Of a stretch of DNA of 64,000 nucleotides, positions 1 to 11,845 are shown piece after piece (positions within the stretch are counted from its first letter, which is position 1; each line of letters starts with the position of its first letter). The notes beneath the pieces were generated by a model, which had not been told where the DNA came from, searched no databases, and worked only from the letters and a program-made list of their open reading frames with translations. The DNA lies in NCBI GenBank assembly GCA_964016885.1, contig OZ024741.1, forward strand, positions 69,688,001 through 69,752,000. The letters are read 5' to 3'. The position numbers and the translations under genes were made by a program. This stretch comes from Eledone cirrhosa. Taxonomy: Eukaryota.

Positions 1-2828
1 TAAGAACTGGGTGTATTTTATCATGACACCAGCACTGCCACTTTACAGTAAGAACTAGGTGTATTTTATTGTGATACCAGCACTGTCACTTTACAGTAAG
101 AACTAGGTGTATTTTATTGTGATACCAGCACTGTCACTTTACAGTAAGAACTAGGTATATTTTATCATGACACCAGCACTGTCACTGTACAGTAAGAACT
201 GGGTGTATTTTATCATGACACCAGCACTGCCACTTTACAGTAAGAACTAGGTGTATTTTATTGTGATACCAGCACTGTCACTTTACAGTAAGAACTAGGT
301 GTATTTTATTGTGATACCAGCACTGCCACTTTACAGTAAGAACTAGGTGTATTTTATTGTGATACCAGCACTGTCACTTTACAGTAAGAACTAGGTGTAT
401 GTTATTGTGATACCAGCACTGTCACTTTACAGTAAGAACGAGGTGTATTTTATTGTGATACCAGCACTGTCACTTTACAGTAAGAACTAGGTGTATTTTA
501 TTGTGATACCAGCACTGTCACTTTACAGTAAGAACTAGGTGTATTTTATTGTGATACCAGCACTGTCACTTTACAGTAAGAACTGGGTGTATTTTATCAT
601 GACACCAGCACTGCCACTTTACAGTAAGAACTGGGTGTATCTTATCATGACACCAGCACTGTCACTTTACAGTAAGAACTGGATGTATCTTATCATGACA
701 CCAGCACTGCCACTTTACAGTAAGAACTGGATGTATTTTATCATGACACCAGCACAATCACTTTAGAGTAAGAACTAGGTGTATTTTATCATGACACCAG
801 CACTGCCACTTTACAGTAAGAACTAGGTGTATTTTATCATGACACCAGCACTGTCACTTTACAGTAAGAACTGGGTGTATCTTATCATGACACCAGCACT
901 GCCACTTTACAGTAAGAACTGGGTGTATCTTATCATGACACCAGCACTGCCACTTTACAGTAAGAACTAGGTATATTTTATCATGACACCAGCACTGTCA
1001 CTTTACAGTAAGAACTAGGTATATTTTATCATGACACCAGCACTGTCACTTTACAGTAAGAACTAGGTGTATTTTATCATGACACCAGCACTGCCACTTT
1101 ACAGTAAGAACGAGGTGTATCTTATCATGACACCAGCACTGCCACTTTACAGTAAGAACTGGGTGTATCTTATCATGATACCAGCACTGTCACTTTACAG
1201 TAAGAACTGGGTGTATCTTATCATGACACCAGCACTGCCACTTTACAGTAAGAACTAGGTGTATTTTATCATGACACCAGCACTGTCACTTTACAATAAG
1301 AACTAGGTGTATTTTATTGTGACACCAGCACTGTCACTTTACAGTAAGAACTGGGTGTATCTTATCATGACACCAGCACTGTCACTTTACAGTAAGAACT
1401 GGGTGTATTTTATCATGACACCAGCACTGTCACTTTACAGTAAGAACTGGGTGTATCTTATCATGACACCAGCACTGTCACTTTACAGTAAGAACTAGGT
1501 GTATTTTATTGTGATACCAGCACTGTCACTTTACAGTAAGAACTAGGTGTATTTTATTGTGATACCAGCACTGTCACTTTACAGTAAGAACTAGGTGTAT
1601 TTTATCATGACACCAGCACTGTCACTTTACAGTAAGAACTGGGTGTATTTTATCATGACACCAGCACTGCCACTTTACAGTAAGAACTAGGTGTATTTTA
1701 TTGTGATACCAGCACTGTCACTTTACAGTAAGAACTAGGTGTATTTTATTGTGATACCAGCACTGTCACTTTACAGTAAGAACTAGGTGTATTTTATTGT
1801 GATACCAGCACTGCCACTTTACAGTAAGAACTAGGTGTATTTTATTGTGATACCAGCACTGTCACTTTACAGTAAGAACTAGGTGTATTTTATTGTGATA
1901 CCAGCACTGTCACTTTACAGTAAGAACTAGGTGTATTTTATTGTGATACCAGCACTGTCACTTTACAGTAAGAACTAGGTGTATTTTATTGTGATACCAG
2001 CACTGTCACTTTACAGTAAGAACTAGGTGTATTTTATTGTGACACCAGCACTGTCACTTTACAGTAAGAACTGGGTGTATTTTATCATGACACCAGCACT
2101 GTCACTTGACAGTAAGAACTGGGTGTATTTTATCATGACACCAGCACTGTCACTTTAGAGTAAGAACTGGGTGTATTTTATCATGACACCAGCACTGTCA
2201 CTTTACAGTAAGAACTGGGTGTATCTTATCATGACACCAGCACTGTCACTTTACAGTAATAACTCGGTGTATTTTATCATGACACCAGCACTGTCACTTT
2301 ACAGTAAGAACTGGGTGTATCTTATCATGACACCAGCACTGTCACTTTACAGTAAGAACTGGGTGTATCTTATCATGACACCAGCACTGTCACTTTACAG
2401 TAAGAACTAGGTGTATTTTATCATGACACCAGGACTGTCACTTTACAGTAAGAACTAGGTGTATTTTATCATGACACCAGCACTGTCACTTTACAGTAAG
2501 AACTGGGTGTATTTTATCATGACACCAGCACTGTCACTTTAGTGTAAGAACTAGGTGTATTTTATCATGACACCAGCACTGTCACTTTACAGTAAGAACT
2601 GGGTGTATCTTATCATGACACCAGCACTGTCACTTTAGTGTAAGAACTAGGTGTATTTTATCATGACACCAGCACTGTCACTTTAGTGTAAGAGCTAGGT
2701 GTATTTTATTGTGACACCAGCACTGTCACTTTAGTGTAAGAACTGGGTGCATCTTATCATGACACCAGCACTGTCACTTTACAGTAAGAACTGGGTGCAT
2801 CTTATCATGACACCAGCACTTTACAGAT
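1..2828. repeat. 48-bp minisatellite, ~58 units, runs off the left edge
   Basis: Unit taagaact(g/a)ggtgtat(t/c)ttat(ca/tg)tga(c/t)accagcactg(t/c)cactttacag repeats with a 48-bp period. The ORFs in this span are readings of the 16-codon unit. Confidence 0.97.
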
Positions 2829-3241
2829 GGCTGAGTGCATTTTATTGTGGCACCAGCACCAGAGAGGTTGTTGGTCATTGATTCAACTGAAGAGTCCTCC
2901 TCTACATTATGAGAAGTAGAAGGATGCTTTGTGGGCTATTTCTGGTAATAAATTTCATCCATAAAATATTCCTCCTGCATATTCTCATTTCATTTGATTC
3001 CCTCGTGTGGTTTCCTCACCGGATTCAGTAAAATGTACAGACAGGACAATATACTACAAGCCAGGTCTAAAAAGTCGTCATAAATAAAAAGATGTGACAG
3101 TGTGTGACCTCTATATATTATTCCATTGACCTATAATTTGGCATACATTGTTATTTCATCAATTCGAACATGGATGTAATTAACATGAGATGATTGGCAA
3201 ATAGTCTGCAAAATGGAACACCCTGATGAACATATACACAA

Positions 3242-3293
<52 letters not shown>

Positions 3294-3969
3294 GTAATCA
3301 TGTGTTTAGAAGATGGCAGCAGAATTAGAAAATTGAATTAAATTAATAATTTTCGTTGTAAAAATATGGTGAAAGTTATTAATTCAATTCTATATACTAT
3401 GTTACTGTTCCTAATGAAAAAAGTTTTAAATTTATATTGGTGAGCTGACTTTAGGTTCTAAAACTGACAATCTGTAGCACTTTCATTAACCAATACTTTT
3501 CTCAGACAATATGATTAATTACTTCATGTATTAATCATTACTTTAATACTTATATATTTCTGCTCCTAACAGTAAATGTTTGTAGAGCTGATTCTTTGTA
3601 GACCAGCTGCACTGCTATTTCTGGCATTCCCGTTGGCCTGTCTGTATCCGTATATTAATATGTTTCCACACCATATGCATTCAAAACCTGCTTTGAAGAT
3701 ATGGAGATGAGTCATATTTTTGCATCTACTGATGATTTAGTGTTTTCCATCTTATGGCTTTGCCATTCTATTTTTCACTCATGAAATAGCGCTATATAGA
3801 ATTATGAAATCTCAGAATTTTACCATTCTTAGTTAAGTAAGTTCTTTGGCTTGCTATCTGATTTTTTCTTGGCAATGCTTAACATGAATGGACCTGTTAT
3901 CTTTATCTAAAGACATTTTTTCCAATTCGACCCCGCCCGTCCCTTCAATCTATTTTATTTCTCATTCTT

Positions 3970-4005
3970 TCTTCTGATGAAAGACTAGTGTCCGAAACGT
4001 TAAGA
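3970..4005 (+). ncRNA. Minimal type I hammerhead-like motif
   Basis: tctt-CTGATGA-aa[gac tagt gtc]c-GAAA-cg-TT-aaga: 4-bp stem I, 3-bp stem II with unpaired closing bases, palindromic ACGT stem III. Confidence 0.5.
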
Positions 4006-4283
4006 CCCTCTTCTTGCTACTTCAAGTGTTAACCTAGTATATTCCTTCCATATCCGATTGTGTTGTTATTTCTGTTTACCTTTTACATACATATATGTAT
4101 ATGTATATATATATGTATATATATATGTGTGTGTGTGTGTTCATGTATAGATATGGATGATAAGAATCGATTTTATAACATCTTTTCTCTCAGATCTTCT
4201 TATTCCATTGCACCTGTAGAATTCTTACAAACATGCATAGTGTGGATACATGTGTCTAAACAATACCTTACCCTTATATAGAG

Positions 4284-4860
4284 AAATTTCGTATTTCTAA
4301 AGAAATACAGTATGTCTACAGGGCAAACATTTAGGAAGCCGTAGCTATGCAAAACACTGGGGATAATGCCCTTGCTTCTGCTGGACACCACCAGAGGGCA
4401 TTAGCCCTGGTGTTTTGCATAGCTACGGCTTCCTAAATGTTTACCCTGTAGACATATTGTAATTTCTATACATATCTGTATACTTGAAGTTCAATCCTAA
4501 TTCTATTCTATTTTAAGTTGAGCCAACTTATCTACATAAGTTGGCTCAACTCATATGCAAATGAGATTAATCACCTCATTTACACAGACGAGAAAACTAT
4601 ATATTCTCGACTGTTCTCAAGTCTAGCAGTTGCAAGCGTGGGAGGTATTGTCCTAATGAAGACTAGTTAAGTCTGAAATGAATAGATAATTATCCCCCTT
4701 GCTTCTGCTGGAGACCACCAGAGGGCGTTAGCCCCGGTGTTTTGCATAGCTATGGCTTCCTAAATGTTTACCCTGTAAACATACTGTATTTCTTTAGAAA
4801 TACGAATTTCTATACATATCTGTATACAGCTATGCTTGAAGCTAAATCCTATTTCTATTA
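4284..4860. mobile_element. PLE pseudo-LTR-like fragment with inverted plus direct repeat
   Basis: ~4297-4372 is inverted to ~4395-4468, and ~4369-4510 is directly repeated at ~4696-4860. It contains a degenerate hammerhead and ends at (TA)n. Confidence 0.55.
4647..4690 (+). ncRNA. Degenerate type I hammerhead (core CTAATGA)
   Basis: attgtc-CTAATGA-agact(agtta)agtct-GAAA-tgaa-TA-gataat: 6-bp stem I and 5-bp stem II intact. The G5A core change is probably inactivating. Confidence 0.55.
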
Positions 4861-4876
4861 TATATATATATATATA

Positions 4877-5407
4877 GGCAGACCCCAGACCCAGAAAAAC
4901 CTGGGACGAGCTGATAAACTCCGACCTCACACACTTACACCTCACCAAGACAATGTCACTGGACCGAGACCTTTGGCGGTACTCAGTAATAGAGAAGACC
5001 CGCCTTACCTAAATACAAAGTAAAATCTACTACAGTCAGTAGGCATCTCTAACAAAATACACCCCCGTCCCACCACCCCACCCCATCCACACCGCCCCCT
5101 TCTATGTAAAGTTATGTTGGTGCCACACCATCCAGGCCGAAACAAATGAGATCGTGTAGGTGTCACGACAAAAAAACACACAGTCCACGCTGTAATGTGG
5201 CCGTGTAGGCAACACGGTAAAAACCTCCCAGACCCACACTGTAAATGTGGTTGTTGTTAGGAAGGGCATCCAACTGTAGAAAACCTGCCAGACAGTCCTA
5301 TGCGAGCAAGACAATCACTCTTGCCTCAAGTGGGAAAACCCCCGTCCAAACCCATGCAAGCGTGGAACACGGACGTTAAACGTTGATGATGATGATGATG
5401 ATGATGA
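4877..5407 (+). mobile_element. RTE LINE 3' fragment (family A)
   Basis: Decayed GRPRKTWD-type C-terminus, 3' UTR with aggaagggcatcc motif and (GAT)n tail. Close match to 60608-61100 on the opposite strand. Confidence 0.9.
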
Positions 5408-5789
5408 TATATATATATATAAGTATAAAGAGTGATGTGCTGAAGCATAAAGATGCTATAAAATAGATTATAAAATTGGGTGAAGACCCTTAAAAGATGG
5501 AAATAGAAGTTGTCATCAGCCACTTTGAGGAATTGAATCCCATATCTTCCATATACTGGATAGATGCTTTAACCATTAACCCATTAACATTTAAACCAGC
5601 CATATCCGGCCACAATTCTCTCACCTCTTTCTGTTCAAACCGGCTGTAACCGTCCACTCATGCTGATGTTATGATATTGTTCTCAAGATAAATAATATCA
5701 AAATCTCCTAGATTCGATATTATGTAAGATAATTATGTGAGGCAAAGCCTTGACTGTGAAAATCTAATAATAAATATAGAGTCATGTAA

Positions 5790-6290
5790 AAGAGTCCTCA
5801 AACACTCTTTCCAGTGGGTCTTGTCAGAAGCAACCATCTCCAACTGATTCAGTTGAATCCCCAAGTGAGACCAGCCAAGTTCATGGATGTTATCCAACCA
5901 TCTTGCTTTGGGTCTACTCCTGGTTTCTTGCCAGTTGGTTTTGTCATGTAAAATTTGTCCAGGGATTCTTTCCTGAGACATTCTAACCACATCCCCATAA
6001 TATTGGAGCTGTGATCTCTCAATTCGTAGAAGTACCAGCTCTACCTGGAGTGACTCTCTGATCTCTGAGTTACACAATTTATCAAGTAACGTTACTCCAA
6101 AGACCCATGGAGGAATTCCATTTTGGCCACTTGTATTCACAATCGCATTCTTTCAGTCATTACTCAAGATTCATGACCATAGATAAGGGTTGGCACAAAA
6201 AGCGAATTGAAGACAGTAAGTTTGGCTTTTACACCTACCTCCCTTCTTCTGATTACTGAATGCTGAAGCTGGCACATTACTGCAACAGCT
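5790..6290 (-). mobile_element. Degenerate RTE-clade (Rex3/Expander-like) RT C-terminal fragment
   Basis: ORF 5733-6140 has LLRIERSQLQYYGDVVRM...RSRPKARW. A homologous piece lies at 28150-28470 (+). Confidence 0.75.
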
Positions 6291-6368
6291 TTTGTCCACA
6301 GAGTGAGAGCAAGTGAAAACAGAGGCTCTGCTTAAATACCAAAATCAATCAATAAAGTTTATTTTATC

Positions 6369-7266
6369 AATAGATGTATTGTCTATAATGCACTGAAACA
6401 TCTGTAACCAGTAGTAGACAACTGATGAAGGGAAAATGTCAACCTCTTGTTTGTATCCCTTTACTTTCTAACACTTGTTATCAATAACCACACAGCCTCG
6501 TCCATCTCAATCTATGTTTATGTATTTATTGCTGTGATCTCCGCTCCAACCTCTCTATCTATCTCGCTTGGTTTTGTTGTTCCTGGTCGGACTTACCACT
6601 CTTTTGGATCAACTCTTTTCCCTTTCTCTCCATCTCCCTCTCCCCCTCTCTCTCTCTCTCTCTCTCTCGCTTGTTTCGTTATTTCTGGTCAGACTTATGT
6701 CCTACCACCCTTTTGGATTAACTCCCTTTCCCTCCTTCTCTCTCTATCCCTCTTACTCATCCCCCTCTATCTTTCTACCCCTCTCTCTCTCTGCCTCCTT
6801 GCCACTTGCATTTCCTCCGTCTTTCTCTCCATTTGCGCCCGCTTTCACTGAGAATAGACGTGTTTCTCTTAGCTCTCTTCTGTTAATATGACACCAGGGC
6901 TTAGACCCAACTGCCTTTTTTTTAACTTTGTTCTCTCCATCTTCTCGGTTACTTACTTACATGTACCATTGTCCTGTGTTTCCCCCTTCTTTCGGTATGT
7001 TTTCTTCTTTTTTTTTCCTTTTTTTCTCTCTGTTTTTCTTTCTTTCTCTTTCTTCACTATCGCTTCTTTGCCTCATAGCTTTTTGATAGATAAAGAGCTA
7101 TGAGCGCGCTACGAATAGATGTATTCTATCTAACGCACTGAAACATCTGTGACCCATAGTAGACAACTGATGAAGAGAAAATGTCCATCTCTTGTTTGTG
7201 TCCCTTTACTTTCTAACACTTGTTATCGGGAACCACACAGCCTCGTCCATCTCAATCCATATTTAT
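6369..7266 (+). mobile_element. Non-coding element with ~150-bp direct terminal repeats carrying hammerhead boxes (retrozyme/PLE pLTR-like)
   Basis: ~6369-6522 and ~7114-7266 are diverged direct repeats 745 bp apart around a pyrimidine-rich core. Each repeat contains GAAACATCTG and CTGATGA. The right end abuts a TA-rich tract. Confidence 0.7.
6370..6432 (+). ncRNA. Candidate hammerhead with non-canonical strand order
   Basis: Stem III atagatgT(6370-77)/Acatctgt(6398-6405); GTA site 6376-78; stem I ttgtcta(6379-85)/tagacaa(6415-21); GAAA 6395-98; CTGATGA 6422-28; weak stem II cact/aggg. Confidence 0.45.
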
Positions 7267-7329
7267 ATACATATATATGTTATATAGGGAGAAATAGTAT
7301 ATATAGAAATATATATGTTATATAGGGAG

Positions 7330-7910
7330 AAATAGTAATATACGCGAACGGCAAAGCATAAATGAATTGAGAGAGAGGCTGAGCATCAGAGGAATCAAAT
7401 GCTGTGTGCAGGAGAGGCGGATGCGTTGGTATGGACATGTGATGCGTATGAAGGATGACAGCTGCATAAAAAGGTGCAGAGCACTAGAAGTCAATGGAAA
7501 CCGCGGAGTGGGGAGACCCAAGAAGACCTGGGATGAGGTGATAGGGGCCGACCTTATCCAGTTGCACCTCTCAAAGGCGATGACACACGACCGTGACCTC
7601 TGGCGTCATGCAGTAATACAGAGTACCCGACCTCCAATGGGTACAAGCTGAAGCATATAGACAATATGCCCCCACACCCTCCCACTGCAAAGTGGTCGTG
7701 GAGGCGCCACGGAAAAAAGCACCCAGCACTCACTGTAAATGAGGTTGGTGTTAGGAAGGGCATCCAGCTGTAGAAATCAAGCCAAAATCAGTTCCTGTAT
7801 GAGCAAGGCATGGTCAGCCGACCAGACACTGCCCACAACAGGACAACCCGTCTAACCCATGCTAGCATGGAAGAACGGACGTAAAACGGTGATGATGATG
7901 ATGATGATGA
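7330..7910 (+). mobile_element. RTE LINE 3' fragment (family B)
   Basis: ORF 7367-7651 RRMRWYGHVMRM...GRPKKTWDE, followed by 3' UTR and (GAT)n. Matches the end of 56180-59458. Confidence 0.92.
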
Positions 7911-7994
7911 AAAGGGAGAGATGTGGGGGTAGACCAAAGAAAAGAACAAAGAGGAAGATAAAGACAGTAGTCATTATATGAGAAAGGAAGGGAG

Positions 7995-8155
7995 TGGATT
8001 GGCAGAGTCAGAGGAGCATCAAATAGAATGATTTGTGTTAATTCTGGCTATCTGCTCTCTGAGTTCAAATCCTTCCAACATTAATTTTGCCTTTCATTCT
8101 TTCAGGGTCGATACAATTGGCTTTCCTGATCCCCAACTGTTAGCCTTGTTCCTAT
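7995..8155 (+). mobile_element. tRNA-derived SINE (family 2), degenerate
   Basis: ggattggcagagtc...gagttcaaatcc...ttgcctttcattctttcagggtcgata. Same family as 34515-34700 and 53380-53560. Confidence 0.65.
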
Positions 8156-8499
8156 AAGAGTATTATAAGAGTAAGAAGAAAATAATGAAAAGTAAAAACA
8201 AGGTGGTGTATGTGACCAAATAGAGGCCTACACATGTACACACACAGACATATGCAGCACACACATCCACACATACACACAATATTCTTTTAGTAACTTC
8301 AGTGATTGGATTAGGATCATGTCAAGAATTTAGTCATTTATATCGAACCCAATACTTATTTTATTGATTACTATTTGTCAAACTGCTACATTATAGTGCA
8401 TAAAGGGACACAACAAAACACAATACTGTTTTTTTTTCTTTTTAATGGTGTATATATCATTAATCTTCTTTTATTTTCATGTTAAAACATTAATCTATG

Positions 8500-9641
8500 T
8501 AAGCATATTGGACTTTGTTTGAATTTCTTAAAGAATATGAATATGTCATCCAATAGAGAAATGATACTCAAACTTCATTGCGTGAGTAGGTCAGATTGGA
8601 ATATTGCAAAGTTACTTTCAGTTGCAAGATCTACTGTTTGGAAAGCTGTGAAGTGTTTTAAAGAGCAACATTTGTTGTATAGACCCAGAAGTGGAAGATC
8701 ACGAACTAAACGGACTCCTATTCTAATTAAAACTGTTTGAGAAAAAGTCCATGAGAATAATGGCAAAAGAGGTAAAAAAAAAGTAAGCCCTAGGACAATG
8801 AGAAGGATCATCAGTGCTGACATTGGAATGACTTTCTTCACCCTTCAGAAAAGATAAACCCTTTTTGAAAAAAAAAAAAAGGCTAGAGAGTGGTAAGAAT
8901 GTGCTTAAAGGAATTAAACATGACATGGCAGAGAAAATTGTCTGGTCAGATGAAAAGATTTTCACTGTTGAGCAGACACACAACCAAAGAAATGATCGAA
9001 TCACTGGAAAAAAACATCAGCAATCAGTGTTGACCAAACATCTGTATTCCATACAATAAAACCAGCTTCTGTTATAGTCAGAGATGAGGGCGGTGGGGGT
9101 GCTGTTTCATCATCTTAGCAGTTGCTTCTCTTCTCACTTTTGTGGAAGAAAAGAAAAAAATCAGCTCCTAGTCTTGCATAAATGGTATTCTGGAGTCCAT
9201 ATTGACTAATCATTTTGGCAATGATAATTTATGGACTTTCCAACAGGATGGAGTTACCTCCCATACAGCAAATGTCACACAAGCTATTCAAAAGAAATGT
9301 TGCCTCCTTGTTCGCCTGATTTGAACCCTTTGTATTTTTCAGTATGGTCTATCCTTGAAGAAAAAGCCTGTTCAGAAGTCCATCAGACAGTTGATGATTT
9401 AAAGGCATCTTTACTGAGCGCTTGGAAAGAAATTCCTCAAGAAATGTTGTGTGGTTCGGTGAAAGATGTTCAATGGAGGTTAGAGGCTGTTATTGCTGCA
9501 TGAGGAGGTTATTTTGTATAAACTCTATACACTATATTCTAAAGATATTTATGTGTAATTACATATATGTTGTTGATCAATAAAGTTAGTAGTTTTGTTA
9601 TCAAAAGCATTTTTATTTGCTTCCAATCTTATACCCCACCC
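8500..9641 (+). mobile_element. Tc1/mariner transposase relic, maT (DD37D)-like
   Basis: Fragmented ORFs give an HTH (IAKLLSVARSTVWKAVK..RPRSGR), IVWSDEKIFTVE, WTFQQDG (~9231) and PPCSPDLNPL(Y)FSVWSILE, with frameshifts and stops. No left TIR was recognised. Confidence 0.85.
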
Positions 9642-10010
9642 TCATCATCATCATCATCGTTTAACGTCCATCTTCCACGCTAGTATGGGTTTGGACGGGA
9701 ATTTTCCCACTTGAGGCAAGATAGGTTGTCTTGCTCGTATAGGACTGTCTGGTGGGTTTTCTACGGCTGGATGCCCTTCCTAACACCAACCACGTTTACA
9801 GTGTGGACTGGGAGGTTTTTACCGTGTTACCTACATGGCCACATTACAGTGTGGACTGTGTGTTTTTTTGTCGTGACACCTACACGACCTCATTTGTTTC
9901 GGACTGGATGTTGTGGTACCAACATAACATTACATTGGAAGGGGTGGTGTGGATGGGGTGGGGGTAGTGGGACGGGGGTGTATTTTTGTTAGAGGTGCCT
10001 ACTGACTGTA
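9642..10010 (-). mobile_element. RTE family A 3' UTR fragment
   Basis: (CAT)n followed by the reverse complement of the family A 3' UTR. Confidence 0.85.
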
Positions 10011-10380
10011 TATATATATATACAACGTCCTGGGTATGACATTAAACTACATCCAGTGACAAGGCTCCAGTTCGGGAGTTCAGGAGCTGTGGGGAATGTG
10101 GAGTTACCCCTTAGTTGTCATAACTCCCAGGTCTGCTCTGGCCCGGAGTAGTAGTACCTGTTAGGGCCCCATTTATGGGTTAAATAATTTCCAATGTCCT
10201 GGGTATGACATTAAACTACATCCAGCACACTAGAAGAGGGAGACCGTGGTGGACATATGTTGATGCCTTCAGGACAGACACTAGTCTCTTGGAGATGCAG
10301 GACATGGCAGTGATGATGAGGGACAGAGACCACTGGAGAGAACTCGTCCATGGATCTTGGGAATTTTACCCACCCTAGAT

Positions 10381-11751
10381 ATACAGTTTGTTTGCTTTCG
10401 TGAACGTGGTGTGTAAAGCAAATTCACGTAATTCACATATATTTCTGATAAATAAAATAATTTAAAACTACATGCGTTACAGCATGTTATTCATGCAAAG
10501 TGAATATCTAATAATATTTTGCTGCCAACGCCCTTCTAACGAAGGGCTGGGGATGCCGTGGTTGACGATGCGCAAACACGCGCTCATGCTGCGGCATCTC
10601 TACGTATTCCTCACCGGACAACCGGTGTGGGCCCCGTTCGTGAGGCGAGCCTTCCCACGACTCGTCTCGCTGACCGAGCTGCAGTCCTGGGTCAAGCAAA
10701 GACCGAGGAAAATGGGCGACTGGCACATCGAATGTGCTCAGGCGCTCACAGCCCTCTGGCAGGCGGACCCGGCGGTCAGTGGAGACTCCACTTCGTCATT
10801 CTATAGAGGGTTGGTCCGCAGCAAGTGCGACGATGCGCTCGGTGAAACTCTGGGCGTAGAGGAAGATGAACTGGTCAGTCTGTTCGGTAGGACCTTCCGC
10901 CCGGGACCGATGGACAACTTCCAAAAGTCCCTGGCCTGGCAGTGCTACCGAGGAGCTCTACCAGTTCGAGACAAGCTCTACAGACATGGGCGCCCGGGCA
11001 GGGACCCTGCAAAAAAGATCTGTCTGAGGTGCGTGCGAGACGAAGAAACCGTCGCGCACGCATTCATGCACTGCCCGGGCGTCACTGACCTGTGGGGATA
11101 TGTAGAACGACTATTGTCGCGGGTGGGACCAGTCCAGTTGGCCACCGAGTCCATTGTCATGATCAAACCGCCACCCTCCTTCAAAAACGAAGGAGAGGCG
11201 GTTTTCCTTTGTGTGATAGCTATGGCGAAAGAGGTTGTATCGTGGACAAGGTTGAAAGGGCTGAGGTCAAACACCTTTCTCTCCGGCCAACAACTGATTC
11301 TTTTTTTCAAATACCACTTTAGAAGAAGAATCAGGATGGAGAGAGAGGTGCTGTACCCCAGCAAGTTTTATGAAAGGTGGGTGAAAGTGGCGAGAATGGC
11401 CCGAGTGAATGGGCCTTCTCTCTATATCAGCCTGTAGGTTGAGGAAAAGGAGGAGGAGAGGAAAGGAGTACAAACTCTTCGTACTCCCGGAGATGAGGGT
11501 TTCACATTTTTTTCGGGGGTATGTGTTACCCATATAAACTGTCTCCCTCTATTGGGGAAAATCGACTAACTTTTTAAATTCCATTTGTGATAACATTTTA
11601 CACGTTTTTATTGTATGTAAACTTCCCCCTTTGTATTTGTCCCCTTCTTTTGTGCCCCTGTGGCTAATAAAGAAATAAATATTTTTCAAGAGATGTTAAT
11701 GATTCGAATTTGCGTACTTCACGTTCGCGTAAAAAGTGATCAGACTGTATA
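10381..11751. mobile_element. MITE with imperfect TIRs, interrupted by a Tx1 fragment
   Basis: Left end atacagtttg..ctttcgtgaacgtg..gcaaattc is inverted to right end gaatttgcgtacttcacgttcgcg..cagactgtat. Confidence 0.55.
10520..11680 (+). mobile_element. Tx1-clade LINE, 5'-truncated copy (ORF2 C-terminus with zinc finger plus 3' UTR)
   Basis: GLGMPWL...CLRC..EETVAHAFMHC CCHC motif, then 3' UTR ending aataaagaaa. The aatatttt on both sides is a possible TSD. Homologous to 14430-15595. Confidence 0.9.
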
Positions 11752-11754
11752 TTT

Positions 11755-11809
<55 letters not shown>

Positions 11810-11845
11810 CAAATTGATATATATATATACATATATATATATATT

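Noticed and set aside
1-2820. CRISPR-like or coding repeat
   Set aside because: There are no unique spacers, and units frequently contain in-frame TAG. It is a plain minisatellite.
4516-4551. Perfect 16-bp hairpin as terminator or miRNA (also 54385-54438 and 43380-43421)
   Set aside because: Eukaryotic TE context and short; more simply a local inversion scar.
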